64,000 nt of DNA from Euglena gracilis (Eukaryota), in assembly GCA_039621445.1 (NCBI GenBank), contig CP154954.1:30880395-30944394 (forward strand), written 5' to 3'. The translations under genes were made by a program, and so were the position numbers. Below the pieces are notes generated by a model. That model was not told the DNA's origin, did not search any database, and saw only the letters and a program-made list of their open reading frames with translations. Of the stretch, positions 26,275 to 38,300 are shown piece by piece. Every line of letters starts with the position of its first letter. Position 1 is the first letter of the stretch.

Positions 26275-28996
26275 AGTTGTCCGAATTATTGTCCTTGTTG
26301 ATGTCATTGAAAACACCAGAGGGCATAGGGGGACCGCCCCAGTCCTCTGGGTTGCCTTGGGTAGGTGGCTGTGCCTGTTGTGGGTTACCCTTGTACAGTG
26401 CCTGGGGACCCTCGTTGCCAATATCAGCAGGGCCCGGCAGGACACCTGCAGAGGGGGGGAGGGGGATGAGTGTCTTGGCAACCGGGAATTTTGTTGCTGA
26501 TGGGGTGCACATCCGACGACCAATGATTTGACAAACTGCGAGATGTTCCGATATTTATAATTGTACATGAGTGCAATACTGGGCAACAGTCTGTAGGAAC
26601 TGCAACCATCGACAATGGGTTGTGGGTAGGGCGTGGTGATGTTTCTGCACTGCAGCATCAACGTTGTGTGGCACTGTGGGACAAGAATCTTATAAAAACT
26701 AAAATGACTTTTTGAAAGAAGAACCACCCGTGAAAATGATTGCAATATGGGGTGACTTTGGTCATTTTACCTGTCTTTTTTTGGCCAAAATTGAGTGGTG
26801 TTTCCACCACATCTCAACATGTCTATGACAATGGCCACATCATCTGTACAAAAAAAAAAGCTGCTAAATGCAGCAAAAAAGTGGTCCAAAATAGCCACAG
26901 ATGGACAAAAACGCCAGAAGCAGCCAAAACAGTGAAAAATGGGCCAAAAAAAAAGGTGGCTGAAAACGGGCCAAAGGTTGACCTTAATTGCCAAATGCAA
27001 CCCAAAATGGCCGAAGGTGGCCAAAAGTGGCCTAAAATGGCCAAAAAGTGGCTCAGAACAGCCAAAAGTGGCCGATTTGTAAGAAACCAGCAAAAAAAAA
27101 AGAACCAGAAAATAGGGTTCGGTAAAAATTTGTGAAAATTTCACAAATGGGAATGGTTCTTCTCACACAGTGTACGTGATGCGCCACGTGGTGCGCCACA
27201 CGGTGAACGCGGTGTCACACGCGGTGCGCACGGTGTGGGGGCATTCCCTGTGCAGGAGTGCCTGGTGGGGACGGTAGCCCCCCCCCAGGGTTTTTTTAAA
27301 AAGGGGGGGGGGAGGGGTGGTTTTGGAACCCCCCCTGGTCAAATGGGTGGGGTGGGACCACGGCCAAAAAGGCCAAATTTTCACCCCGGCGCTTTTTGTG
27401 CAGGACCTTTGGAACTTTTGGGGTAAAGATTTGTAAAAAAAAAATTCCAAAAAAATTTCAGCGCAAAGAGAGGACTGGCAGCACACCAGAACAGAATCAT
27501 GAGGAGGCATCTTTTTCCCTGAACTAAAATGTGTTGCGTGGTGCCTTGATGGGGGATGTGATTGTGGTGCGATGGGAAACGGTGTGCTGTGGTGGCTGCT
27601 GTACTACAGGGGACGGTGCAGGAAAAAACTGTGCTCCGATGTCGGAAGCTGTTCAGGATGTGTTGTGAATATTTGCTGGTGCCTAGTCATATATAGGGGT
27701 GAGCCAGACCTGATGACAATGGGGAAAATGTTGAAACGAGGGGGAAATTGGAGGTTGTAGCAGATTTTCAAAACCCAGGGTTACACTTCAATATATTGCT
27801 TCTAATTGTAAACTGTGCGGGACTAGCATTGACGCTAGTGGTGAGGGAGGGGGGAACACGAAATTGGCATGTTCAACAATCTGGAAAAAAGTGGATGCGG
27901 CCCAGCCACAATCAAACGACAGAGCCAGAACAGCAACAAGATAAGAGTCCAGGAGGTGTCAGAGCGCAAGAGAACCAAGAGAACCAGATTGACCATAACC
28001 CCCCCCCCCCAGATGGGAGGATCAGGTCAGGGTGCCTTGGGGCACCCTGGTCTGACCTTGGGGCACCCAGGTTATCCACACTTGAAATCCAGCCTGTCTA
28101 AAGACGAAGCCCCTAACGAGGAGAGCCACCACGACCGACAGGGGTTGGGACAGGGCGGGCATTGGGACAGCGTCAAGCAGCGACAGGAGCAGGGCGAGGC
28201 TGAGGGGTACACACCCTGCACTCGGTCCCACAGTGAGCCGCCCCCTTTGCCCGGCTTTCGGCTGGGGAACCCCGGCGGGTTCGAGTAGTCCTCCGCCGCT
28301 GACACCTCCCTGGCAGGCCCGAGGCCGCCTCATTCCCCAATGCCACACCCCAGAGCCAGAAGGGGGGGGGGCAATGACAATTTGAAGGAGTCCGGACCCT
28401 CCCACCTTCCGGGGTTGAACTCTGGTAGAAAAGCACTATGCTATTCAAATTTTGATTTATCCAGCCTGGATTTAATTTTGGAAGCGTTTCTTATCCCCCT
28501 GTGGCCCTGCAGTAATCCTGAGTGCATTTCTTGCAGTTCCCCTATTTTTTCTGCAGTTTCTGTATTGTGAGCCTTTTCAAGGTCAACAGAGAAATTACCT
28601 CCCACCAATATTGACCACAAAAAATGCGATTTTGGGTACTTTTGGGGCAAAAATCTGTCAGATTTCAAAAAAATGGGGTCCCAGTTCCCGGCCCCAGGGG
28701 GGGGCAAAGGCTGCTAGCGACGCCCCAGTTTCGCTCAATTATTTCTGTGATATATTTTATTCATTTGCTTTGAATGCCAAATCCTTATTTACAAAGAAAC
28801 ATGAGAGGAAAATGCATCAGATGAAATCGACAAATCTGAAAAAGGAACGCTTGAAAGCATGCATTTTCATTTCAACGTGCAAAGCAGTTTTCATATTCTT
28901 TAAAACGTTCCCACAAAGTTGCAACTGGTGTGCTGAATGGTGGAGGACACGGTTTAATGTAAGGAGGGGGCCTGGCTGTAGGTGAGGGGTGCCTCC

Positions 28997-31462
28997 CAGG
29001 GGTTATTTTTTTTAAGACCTTTAAAAAAGCCTTAAGTTTTTTGGCCAAAACGCCTTAAAAACGTTCAAGAACCTTAAAAGAAAATCATTTGGCAAATTTT
29101 TTGAAATTCAAGCAGAAAATGAGCTTGCAAAATCTGGGCAAAACAAGCCAACTCCAGGGGAAAAAAGAATTTCTGGCATCGCTGGAACATTCTCTACCCA
29201 CCCAAACTCGAAAAAACGAGGTTTACGAATTTTTCGTTTTTGGATGGATTTTGGACGTTTGATGCCGGGTGGACTTCCCTTGGAAAACAGACGCCTTAAA
29301 ATTTTGAAAAATGCCTTTGGGAACCTTAAAACCCTTAAAACCCGCCTTAAAAAACCTTGAAAATCTGAAAATTTACGCCTTAAAGCCAGGGCGGTCCTTA
29401 AGCAAAAAAAATTCTGTCCCAATACACTTCAACCGAAAAATAAGGATTTTGGTCGGGGAACTTTTTTGAAAATTACTTTGAAAAATGAACCCAAAATACA
29501 TCGTTTTTTGATGGAAAACCACATTTTCACCAAAAAAAAAAAACTCCAAAATTTTAGGGTTGAAAATTGTTAGTTATTAGGAGGGGGATCAAAAAAATGC
29601 AGGTCAAAAAATAGGACCAAATTTTGGAGCATTCGAATTTTACTGAGAGTTTTTCTCTTTGGGAATTTTTTGGATTTTCAATGGCATTTTTTTGCTTCAA
29701 AAACCTCTCAAAGTCAAAATTTTGAGAAATGTTGAAATTTTGGAAGGTGTGAAAAAAAAATGGGGTTTGCGGGGTTTTGGGGGGGGATCCCCATTTCGGG
29801 TCCCAAAATAGGTCAAAAAATTTCGGGGTACAAAAATTGGTGCTCCCGGAAATACGGGAAGAGGTGGGGGGGGGGGGGGCAGGGTTGTATGGGAATCTCC
29901 GAGGGGGGGGGACCCCTTCTGAAACTGGGGGGGGGGACCCCTCCCATCTCCAGTTTTCGGTCGCCGAAAATTTCGGCCGCTTTTTGGGGGGTCAAAAGGT
30001 CAATTTTTCTGAAATTTCTCAAAAATGGTGGAGAATCAAAAGAAATGACTAATACCTAAATTGAAGCCCTTAAAAAGCACTATCTAACAGTATATTGATT
30101 TTCTGACAACTCTCCACCTGTCCCGATTTATGGTCATTTTTGGCCATTTTGCCAAAATTTCATGTTTAGCCTCAAAAAAAGTCCTAAAGTGCACTCCCAG
30201 CGCGATTTTTTTTTTGCCTCCGCAGAGGAGGAGGGGGGGACACCCTTCCGAAACTGGGGGGGGTGGGAGGACCCCCCCCCCTACCACCTTACCCCCCCTT
30301 CCAAAAATCCAAAATCCGCTGGTACTTTCGGCCAATTGGCCTGACTGTTTGTCACTTTTTTGGCCACCATTTTGCCAAGAGTTAACCGAAATGACCCAAA
30401 ATTGCCAAAAATTTGGCCAAAGAAGTTTGACCAAATTTTGGCCAACTTTGACCGTCTTTTGTTGCAACATGTAAAATGTACAACTCACCAACATACAACA
30501 TTGACTGTTTGATGTTTCAGTGAATGCAGTGTAGTTTCCTATTCAGATTGTTCAGTGGTATTCTTCTTCTGTTGTAGTGATCTGTTCAAAAATTATTTTG
30601 TTGGGTTGAGGAAGCAGAAAACCGCTTCTTTGCATTCTTCTGTTTTTTTTTTTCACAGGGTTTCCCCCATCATCTCCAAATGACCCAGTACTTTCGGCCA
30701 GACCTCTTCCAGGAACCTCAAAAAAAAGCCCTTTTTTTGGAAGCGGTTTTCCGCTTCCTCTTCCGTTTACAGAGCGTCAAAATTTTTGGGCAATTTACAC
30801 AATGTGCAAGGGAGGGGGTTGATCAATGACTAAGTGATTGTTTGGGCTCGTTGCCAACTTCCAGGGGAAGAGGGGAGAGGTGTGTATGGTCTTTTTCGGG
30901 GCAGGCCAGGGCAGAACGGGAAGGCCTGGTGGGGGGGGTCGAGCCCCCCCCAACCGGGAGGTTGGGGGGGCGAGCCTGTTTTGGGAAAAATGAGCGCGAA
31001 ATACATGATTTTTTGATGGAAAACCACATTTTTTCACAAAAAATTTTAACAATTTCAGGGTTAAATTTGGTATTTTTTAGGAGGGGGGGTGGAAAATAAC
31101 GAAGGTCAAAAAAAGTGGACCAAATTTTGGCACAGTCAGAATTTTACTGACAATTTTTCTCTTGGAAGTTTTTTTGGATTTTCAATGGCTTTTTTTTGCT
31201 TCTAAAAACTCTCAAAATGAATTGTTGAGAAAATTTTGAATCTTTGGAAGGTGGGGAAAAAATGGGGTTTTGAGGGGTTTTTGGGGGGACCTCCCAAAAT
31301 GGGTCAAAAAAAAAACACCCGGCGCCAAAAGCGCCGGAAAAATTTTTTCGGGTCCAAAAATTGGTGCTGGGGGGGGGGGCGGTCCTCAAGGGGGCGGTCC
31401 TTAACTAAAAAAAAAAAAATCCCGTCCCTTATGGACCGCCCTGCTTAAAGCAATACCCCCTG
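28997..31462. mobile_element. hAT-type MITE (outer element of a nest)
   Basis: CAGGGGTTATT...AATACCCCCTG; perfect TSD GTGCCTCC. Confidence 0.85.
29387..31443. mobile_element. hAT-type element nested in 28997-31462
   Basis: CAGGGCGGTCCTTAAG...CTTATGGACCGCCCTG; perfect TSD CTTAAAGC; related end at ~9312. Confidence 0.88.
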
Positions 31463-31728
31463 GTGCCTCCCTCCCTTCCTTGACTGGGGGTCCAGACCGA
31501 AAGTTTGGGCTTGCTGGGAAAAGGCTGCTGACCCCCCCCTCCCCCAGCTGGAACTGGACCTGAACCAGGGTCGAACTGGGTACAAAAAAATCGAACCTGC
31601 AAAAATGCCCTCCAAAAAAAACCTATTTTGACCCAAAATATGCCCCGGCCAGCCAAATTCTGACTTATTTTGCCCATATTTTCGCCATTTTTTTGCACTC
31701 CGAAATCAGAGATTCCGTTACCTTCCAG

Positions 31729-32263
31729 CAGGGGGGGGGGTATGCAACTTGGCCCTTCGAATTATGCAAGTCAAAAAAATGCAAAAAATGCAAAAAAAAA
31801 TGCAACTTGCATAAAACCCCTGAGAAAAGGCTGGAATATAATAGAGTTTTTCTGCCTAAAATCCGTAAACACCTGTCAATGGTTCACAAAGAAGACCTCC
31901 TGGAAGACAATGGCAAGCACTGAAGCTTTGAAAATCAACATGAATGGCACCTGCACGTTCAGTCTAAGCAAATCGTCCCTCCAGGTCACCATTGAACATC
32001 AATAAAAATGACAAAAACAAACTCGGAAAACATTCACTCCTCTGCAAAGCTGCCTTTTAATAGGGTGAAAGTATCAAAGACGCCAGGCAACTGCAGAGGG
32101 ACCAGAGACAAAACATGACATGGCGACCAACTACAAAAAAAATTTCCAGGCAAAATATTTTACGCAAAAAAAAATGCAAAAAAAATGCAAAAAAAGCAAA
32201 TTTCGGGAAAACCTGATTATGTAAAAAAAAGCAAATCATGCAAGTTGCATATTCCCCCCCCTG
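31729..32263. mobile_element. MITE, CAG(G)n TIR, 7-bp TSD
   Basis: TIR CAG(G)n..TATGCAACTTG; TSD CTTCCAG/CTGCCAG. Confidence 0.8.
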
Positions 32264-33207
32264 CTGCCAGCCGCCCAAAAGGCAGCTTGAAAAAAAAAGC
32301 GTCCAGGGGAGGAGGGGCTGGAAAAAGTTGCTGGCTGGAGATAAAACTGCTGATGGCTGGACCCCGCTCCCAAGGTGCAGGGTGGGGTCCTCTTCCGCTT
32401 AAACAATGGCCTGCCTATGTACATCCCCAAACTGATATTCTTTCCTTTTTCGTTCGCAAAATCCCCTGCAGAGGTTTTGGAATATGTGAAAATTTCTACT
32501 GGACATGTGGGGTACCCCCTACCAGAGCAAAGCACGCCCATCAGGTCCTGGCTGGTGTCATCTGTATGATCAGCGGCTGGGTCCACTTCACCCCTGTGGC
32601 AGAGAAGGCCAAATAACGGAGGCGTTTGTGTTACGCAAAATGTTTGCTGTACCCACTTTGATAGTTTGCTGTTGTGTTCAGGGATTTTTTTCCTCTGGCA
32701 TTAGCCAAAGAAAATCCCAGTGGTTTCAAAACCTGTTGTAAACAGGATGCTGAAAGATTACCTAAGGTTCTCTGCCCATTTTGGCAGTATTTTTGAGGGT
32801 CGATTTTTCTGGCAAAGTATAATTTTGGCCAGACACCCTCGGGCAGGGCCGTAAGCGAGCGTTGGTTTTGCACGGGGGAGGGGAGGGGGCGGTCCGACCA
32901 CCCCGGGCTGGGGGGGGGGGTTCAACCCTCTGGAGCCAGAAAAACTTTCTTCTTTTCTGCTTTCCACCAGAAAAGAATAGCCAAAATTCATATGATTTGA
33001 TAAATAATTTGCAATTCATTTTCACAAGTTTCTCAAAAATGCCATTTTTGACAATTTTTTTAAAAAACTTTTTAAATAATTTCTGGAGCTTTGCACAGAA
33101 AATTTTTGAGGTAAAGCCCATTTCAGCTCCCCCCCCCCCCCCGAGTCCGCAGCCTGGCTGGTAGCTGCTGGAAAAAAGGTTTTGGCTGGCTGGACCTCCA
33201 TCGAGGG

Positions 33208-33285
33208 GGTAAGGTAAGGTAAGGTGAGGAAAGGTAAGGTAAGGTAAGGTAAGGTAAGGTAAAGTAAGGTAAGGTAAGGTAAGGT
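33208..33285. repeat. (AAGGT)n microsatellite
   Basis: About 15 units. Confidence 0.95.
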
Positions 33286-33515
33286 CAAGAAACACCTGCA
33301 AGCGAGGCATCTGCACACCGGAGCTGCAGCCCATTGTTCAGGCACATCAGGCTTTGCTTCGCGTTGCCTGTTGTTGCGTTCAGGTTCATGATGCGGGAAA
33401 ACGCCTGCACCGCCGCCATGTCCTGCGCTGGTACGTTCGGCGGGGTGGCCAGCTGGCCGCTGCTGCCACCACCGCTGCTGCTGCTCTCGGCGGGGGGCGG
33501 CCGCTGGGTGGGCTG
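33285..33515 (-). CDS. Possible downstream exon of RRM gene (AESSSSGGGSSGQLATPPNVPAQDMAAVQAFSRIMNLN...)
   Basis: GC3-rich frame in a GC-rich island on the same strand; splice junction not resolved. Confidence 0.4.
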   Translation of the reverse strand, partial: QPTQRPPPAESSSSGGGSSGQLATPPNVPAQDMAAVQAFSRIMNLNATTGNAKQSLMCLNNGLQLRCADASLAGVS

Positions 33516-33654
33516 GGTTCAAGGCCGTTCGTCCAGGTCCAGGTATCTCAGCCACAATGACGGAAACCAGCAGCAACGACGGGAGCCAGGAAACTGTCCG
33601 CATGACAAGTTGGCGAGTGTGGGGGGTTGAAATGTACGTGTAATGTAGTGCCAT

Positions 33655-33790
33655 GTATTGTAATGTAATGAAATGTGATATGATGTGATATGATGCTATG
33701 TAATGAATGTAATGTAATGCAATGCAATGCAATGCAATGCAATGCAATGCAATGCAATGCAACATAACGTAATGCAATGTAATGCAATGT
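33655..33790. repeat. (AATGC/AATGT)n microsatellite
   Basis: Directly visible in the sequence. Confidence 0.95.
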
Positions 33791-34024
33791 TAGGTTCCGA
33801 GTAGGGGTGGGGAGCGAACTTGGGCATATTTGACACAAGCTACCGCCTTATTCACAGAGGGCATTTCCATTGTAAAAAAAAAAATCAAACACCCTGATTT
33901 CAATGGGGTAAATATCACAGGGGGCTGATGTCAAAGACCCTCCCCAAACCTTCATTAGGGAGGGGTTCAGAATCTTCAATGGGCATCACATTGGACATCG
34001 TATGGGCCTTTCCCACCTTCGGAC

Positions 34025-34342
34025 CATACAATTTTTTTACCGACCCCGGGGGGGGAGGGGGGGTCACTCCACTTTTTGAAAAACCAGTCAGTCACTTTTT
34101 TCAGGAAACCAGTCAGTCACTACCCCCCCGGGGGGGGGGGGGGTCGGCCACTCTGGAATCCAAAGGAAATTTGACCCAAAACATGCAAAAAAGGCCCAAA
34201 AAAATTTTCCGGCGCCTTCGGCGCCGGGTCACTTTAGTAATTTTTTGCCGACCCCCCCTCCCCAGGCGACCCCCCCTCCGAAAAAACCAGTCACCCACCC
34301 CCGGGGGGGGGGGGGGGGGGCCAGTGCTTAAAAAATTGTCTG
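34025..34342. mobile_element. hAT-type MITE, same family as 13377-13730
   Basis: Perfect 8-bp TSD CTTCGGAC. Confidence 0.9.
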
Positions 34343-35187
34343 CTTCGGACCTTTTTGTCTGGGGGACGGACAGCCTTGGAGGCCATTGGTATTCATTCCA
34401 CCGAGGGGGCTCCGGCTGAGGGAGTGGCTGCAAGGAGTGAACATTTGAAAGAGATGGAAGTGGCGCCATCTCACCATAAAATTTTGGTTAAAGCAAAATA
34501 CCAGGGAAGGGAGCAGGGCGTTTTTCATCGACTCCCCCCCCCCGAGGGGGGGGCAAGCTCAAAACGGCCACAGTGCACACAGGGGGGTCAAGCTCAGAGG
34601 CTGGAAAATTATGGCTGGCTGGAAAAAGGCTGCTGGCTGATCCCCCCCTCCGCCGGGTCCCGGGCGGGAACTGGGCCCGACCTGGGGTCGAACCGGGTAC
34701 CAAAAAAATCGGAATCGCAAAAAAATGTCCAAAAAAACTGCCAATTATGCAAGAAAAATGCGATTTTTGACCATATTTGCCATGACCAGCCCTTTTCCGA
34801 CCCATTCTCGCCCATTTTGACCCATTTTTTTTGCCCATTTTTGACCCACTTTTGCCCATTTTGAACCCAAAAGCGAAAAATTGGTTGCCGTCCAGCTGCA
34901 GAGGGCGGCTGGAAACAAATAAACCTCGTTGAGCGGGGGAGGGGGGTCCGGGGCTGGAAACAGGCTGCTGGCTGGGCTACACCCTGGAAGGGAAGGAGGA
35001 ATTAGAAGAGTGGCTAGAGTGGGGGAAAATGCCAAACCTGGTCAGGTCGATTACTGAGCCAGGCAAGTACACAAGAAATGCCTGAGTGGATTCATTCTTT
35101 GGACCTCGTGGTTAAATGAGAGCAATGTGGGCGGGCCGAGACAAGCGCGAGGGAGGCGGGTCTGAAGGGAACCTCCGACTAGGGCAG

Positions 35188-35390
35188 TCACTTGAAGGGA
35201 TCGACCTGATCTTCCTCTTCGTTGTCCATGCGGTTCGCGACGCGGCGGTCCTTCTCCGCCCGGCTCTCGGCGTACTTCACCTCGATGGGGCGGTCCATCC
35301 CGGGCAGCTGCAGCATGTTGAGGCCCTGGATGGCTGCTGTGGCCTCCGCGGTGGAGGAGTAACGCACCATGCCGCTGCCGATGTTGCCCC
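35188..35390 (-). CDS. Exon: second half of RRM2; ends at TGA or splices onward
   Basis: GNIGSGMVRYSSTAEATAAIQGLNMLQLPGMDRPIEVKYAESRAEKDRR; strongly GC3-biased codons. Confidence 0.9.
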
Positions 35391-38300
35391 CTGAACACCG
35401 GGGGGGGGGGGGATGAAACCAGGCAGCTCAAAATAAGCAACGCAAAAATGGGCAAAACAGTGCAAAAAAAACATGCACATACGTTTAATGCAATTGCAAA
35501 AATGCAAAAAAAAATGCAAAATGAGAGGTCAAAATACACAAAATGAATGCAAAACCACGCATTTTCCAATACGAAAATAATAAATGATAATGACAATGAT
35601 AAAATATGCAACTATTGTTAGCTTGAACACCCCTCCTCCAGCTGAGCACGCATGGCATGGACCAGGGAAATGTATCTCCAGCCATTGCAGGTCAGAAATG
35701 ATATTTACAACTCTGTGCAGAGGAAGGAAGGGGAAACAAATTGGAGATTCAAAAAAACTACCAGATGGAAGGAATGGAGAATGCTGCAGCTCTGGTGCAA
35801 GACTGCTCATGGGCTCGGTGGCTCTTGGTTTCACTTTCGCTTAGGTGTTACCGCATCTCCAAAACCCCTGCCCTGCCCCCCCTCCCCACGAAATACTCCC
35901 AGATCTCACCGAATTCAAACAAATCACCCCTACTCTTTAATCCCTGAAACTTGGTTGAGAATCTTCCACCAACCCATTGCAGGAAATGGGAATAATTTAA
36001 ATCAACGCCTCTTTATTCGGCTGAGTGATCAGACACGTGAATCTTCAAGCAAGCAAGGCACCTGTCTCAGAGTCCTTGAACATCGTCAAGGAGTACACCT
36101 TCCCGTAGCGGGCGAACGTGGAGTGCAGCTCCGCGTACGACCAGGAGTCGGGCAGGTTGCAGACGTAGAGGTCGGACGACGGCCGGCTGGTCACCCCTTT
36201 GTCCTTGTCGTGGTCCGCCAGCTTCACCCGAATGAACCGGCCGCCCGCAGGGTGGCGGGGGCCATGCTGAGGGGCAGACAACTGCCCCCCCCCCCCGAGA
36301 AGCGGGTTTGGTATGGTGCGAACCCGGGTGAGGGTGGGGGGGTCGGGCAGGGCAGGGGGGTGGTTAGGAATGGGGACGTTCCTGCTTAATTTATTAGACA
36401 TTCCTAATTGATTTACCTGGCAGTCCGAAGCAAAGTTCACCACTGGTGTATCTATTTCTGATTCCAGGCACAGAATGGGGAGGAGGCACGGGACGGGGTT
36501 CCCCCTAGGCCGTTGATCGAACCTTGACCTGGGTGGATCTGCAGACCGCCATCCCTCGGGTCCTGCCCCCTTCAATCCAGGGACAACAATGTGGGGAAAC
36601 GCAGTGACCTCTGGCCTCCCTGGCTGTCATCGACCATCATTCCGTTCATCGCCACCACCGCAGCCTGGGCCATCCCTGGGAGGGGGCCAAAGGATCACAA
36701 CGCAGGGGGGGGGGGAAATTGATATCGGAGGCCTTCGGAAAAATTGCGGAAAAATTGCGGAAAAATTGCGGAAATTGCGGAAAAATTGCGGAAAAATTGA
36801 TATCGGGTATACACATTTCTGTCTGAGGGGACTTAGAAAATTTTCAATTGTGAGGTTCAGAACACCGCAACACCCACGTCGATGCAGGCGAGCACAAATC
36901 AACACGCTTGATGTTCTTTGCACAGGTGGGACGCACCCAATTCTGTAACCAGTGGTGCACCTGTGAGAAAAATTGGTAAACTGGGGGGGGAAAAACAACA
37001 AAACACAATAGAACACCTGTTGATCCATTTGAAGAATGGCTTGAACTCATTGCATCTTCCATCTTCGGTGGTGGGAAAAAAATTCTGCGGAAAAAAAATG
37101 GGAAAAAATTGCGGAAAAATTGCGGAAATTGCGGAAAAATTGCGGAAAATTGCGGAAAATTGCGGAAATTGCGGAAAATTGCGGAAATTGCGGAAAAATT
37201 GCGGATATCAATTTCCCCCCCCCCTGCACAACGTTGGGAAAAACCGTGATCCCACTGCACCACACGGAGGGGGGAAACACAACGATGTCATCACGTTAGT
37301 CTTTCCATCACTTTCTTTTTCACCAAGGGGTTAATAATGTCCCCGTCGACGGGAGGTACCAGGTTATTTTTTAAGGCGTCTTAAAAAAAATTAACCTTTA
37401 ACAGTCTTGGAAGCCTTAAAAAAGAACATTAAAAAATAAGTGGAGGGGGTGTCAAAATAAGTGGAGGGGGCACACCAGCAAAACAATTTTGTCCGGATAT
37501 CTTCCAACTACATTTCCTGTGTTCTCATTATTACCATGTGAAATTACAATTTGAGGGGAGTTTCCCACAAGAGTGTCTGCTCCAAACCCCCCAGGAACTA
37601 ATTGTCACGGTCCTTGGTGCCCCCTTTCCAGAGTCAAAATTGTAAATGCACTGTGAAATACCCAGAGAAGTGGGTGTAAAGACGCTTGGTTGATGAATTC
37701 ATCTCGCTGGTGCTCTGCTAGCTTTGCCAACGATTTCTGATTGATTGTGCTTGCCATACTCTCAAGAAACAGTGGCATTACACATTCTTGTTGGTCGTTT
37801 TTGTGGCAGTTCTTCCCACCAAGAAAGGGTGGTGCATACTTGGTTGAATCAGTAATCAACACATAAATCACACGTGACGAGAAACGCTGCACCAGGCTTG
37901 ATCCAACTGCCACGGAGGAGGGGGTTTAGAAATGCTCTGCTAGGTATAACCACCACCCCCTGGGGGCAAATGTCGGCACACAGGGTCCACGGGTCCAAAA
38001 AAAAAAAGGGGGTACTCCTTTTCAAGGCCTGGCACCTTCACCTTGCTCAGGGGTCAGGGTCTGAGTCTTGAGTCCCTTCGTCCCTGAGTCGCTTGTCCAG
38101 AGAGGTATCCCCCGGGACTGGGCACTGTCACACACACATTGCACACCCACACACACACCACTCACACACGCACACATGCATTCACACACGCAATGGACCT
38201 GATGTTGTGTATTGCACAAAGCCGATACCATCATGCCATTGTTGACTCAGTTCAGGGTGGAATTCCACTTCAAAAAAAATCAGACGTCTCCGGACCCCCC

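Noticed and set aside
25874-26745. His/Thr- or Cys/Val-rich ORFs
   Set aside because: Products of the (CA)n microsatellite.
37015-37065. Minus-strand EDAM/QAILQMDQQ resembling RRM helix 2
   Set aside because: It needs a frameshift and lies inside MITE 36703-37226; the real helix is encoded at 36626-36675.
37870-37910. VGSSLVQRFSS as a candidate RNP1 exon
   Set aside because: The GIGFVQY exon at 38199-38247 fits motif spacing and phase much better.
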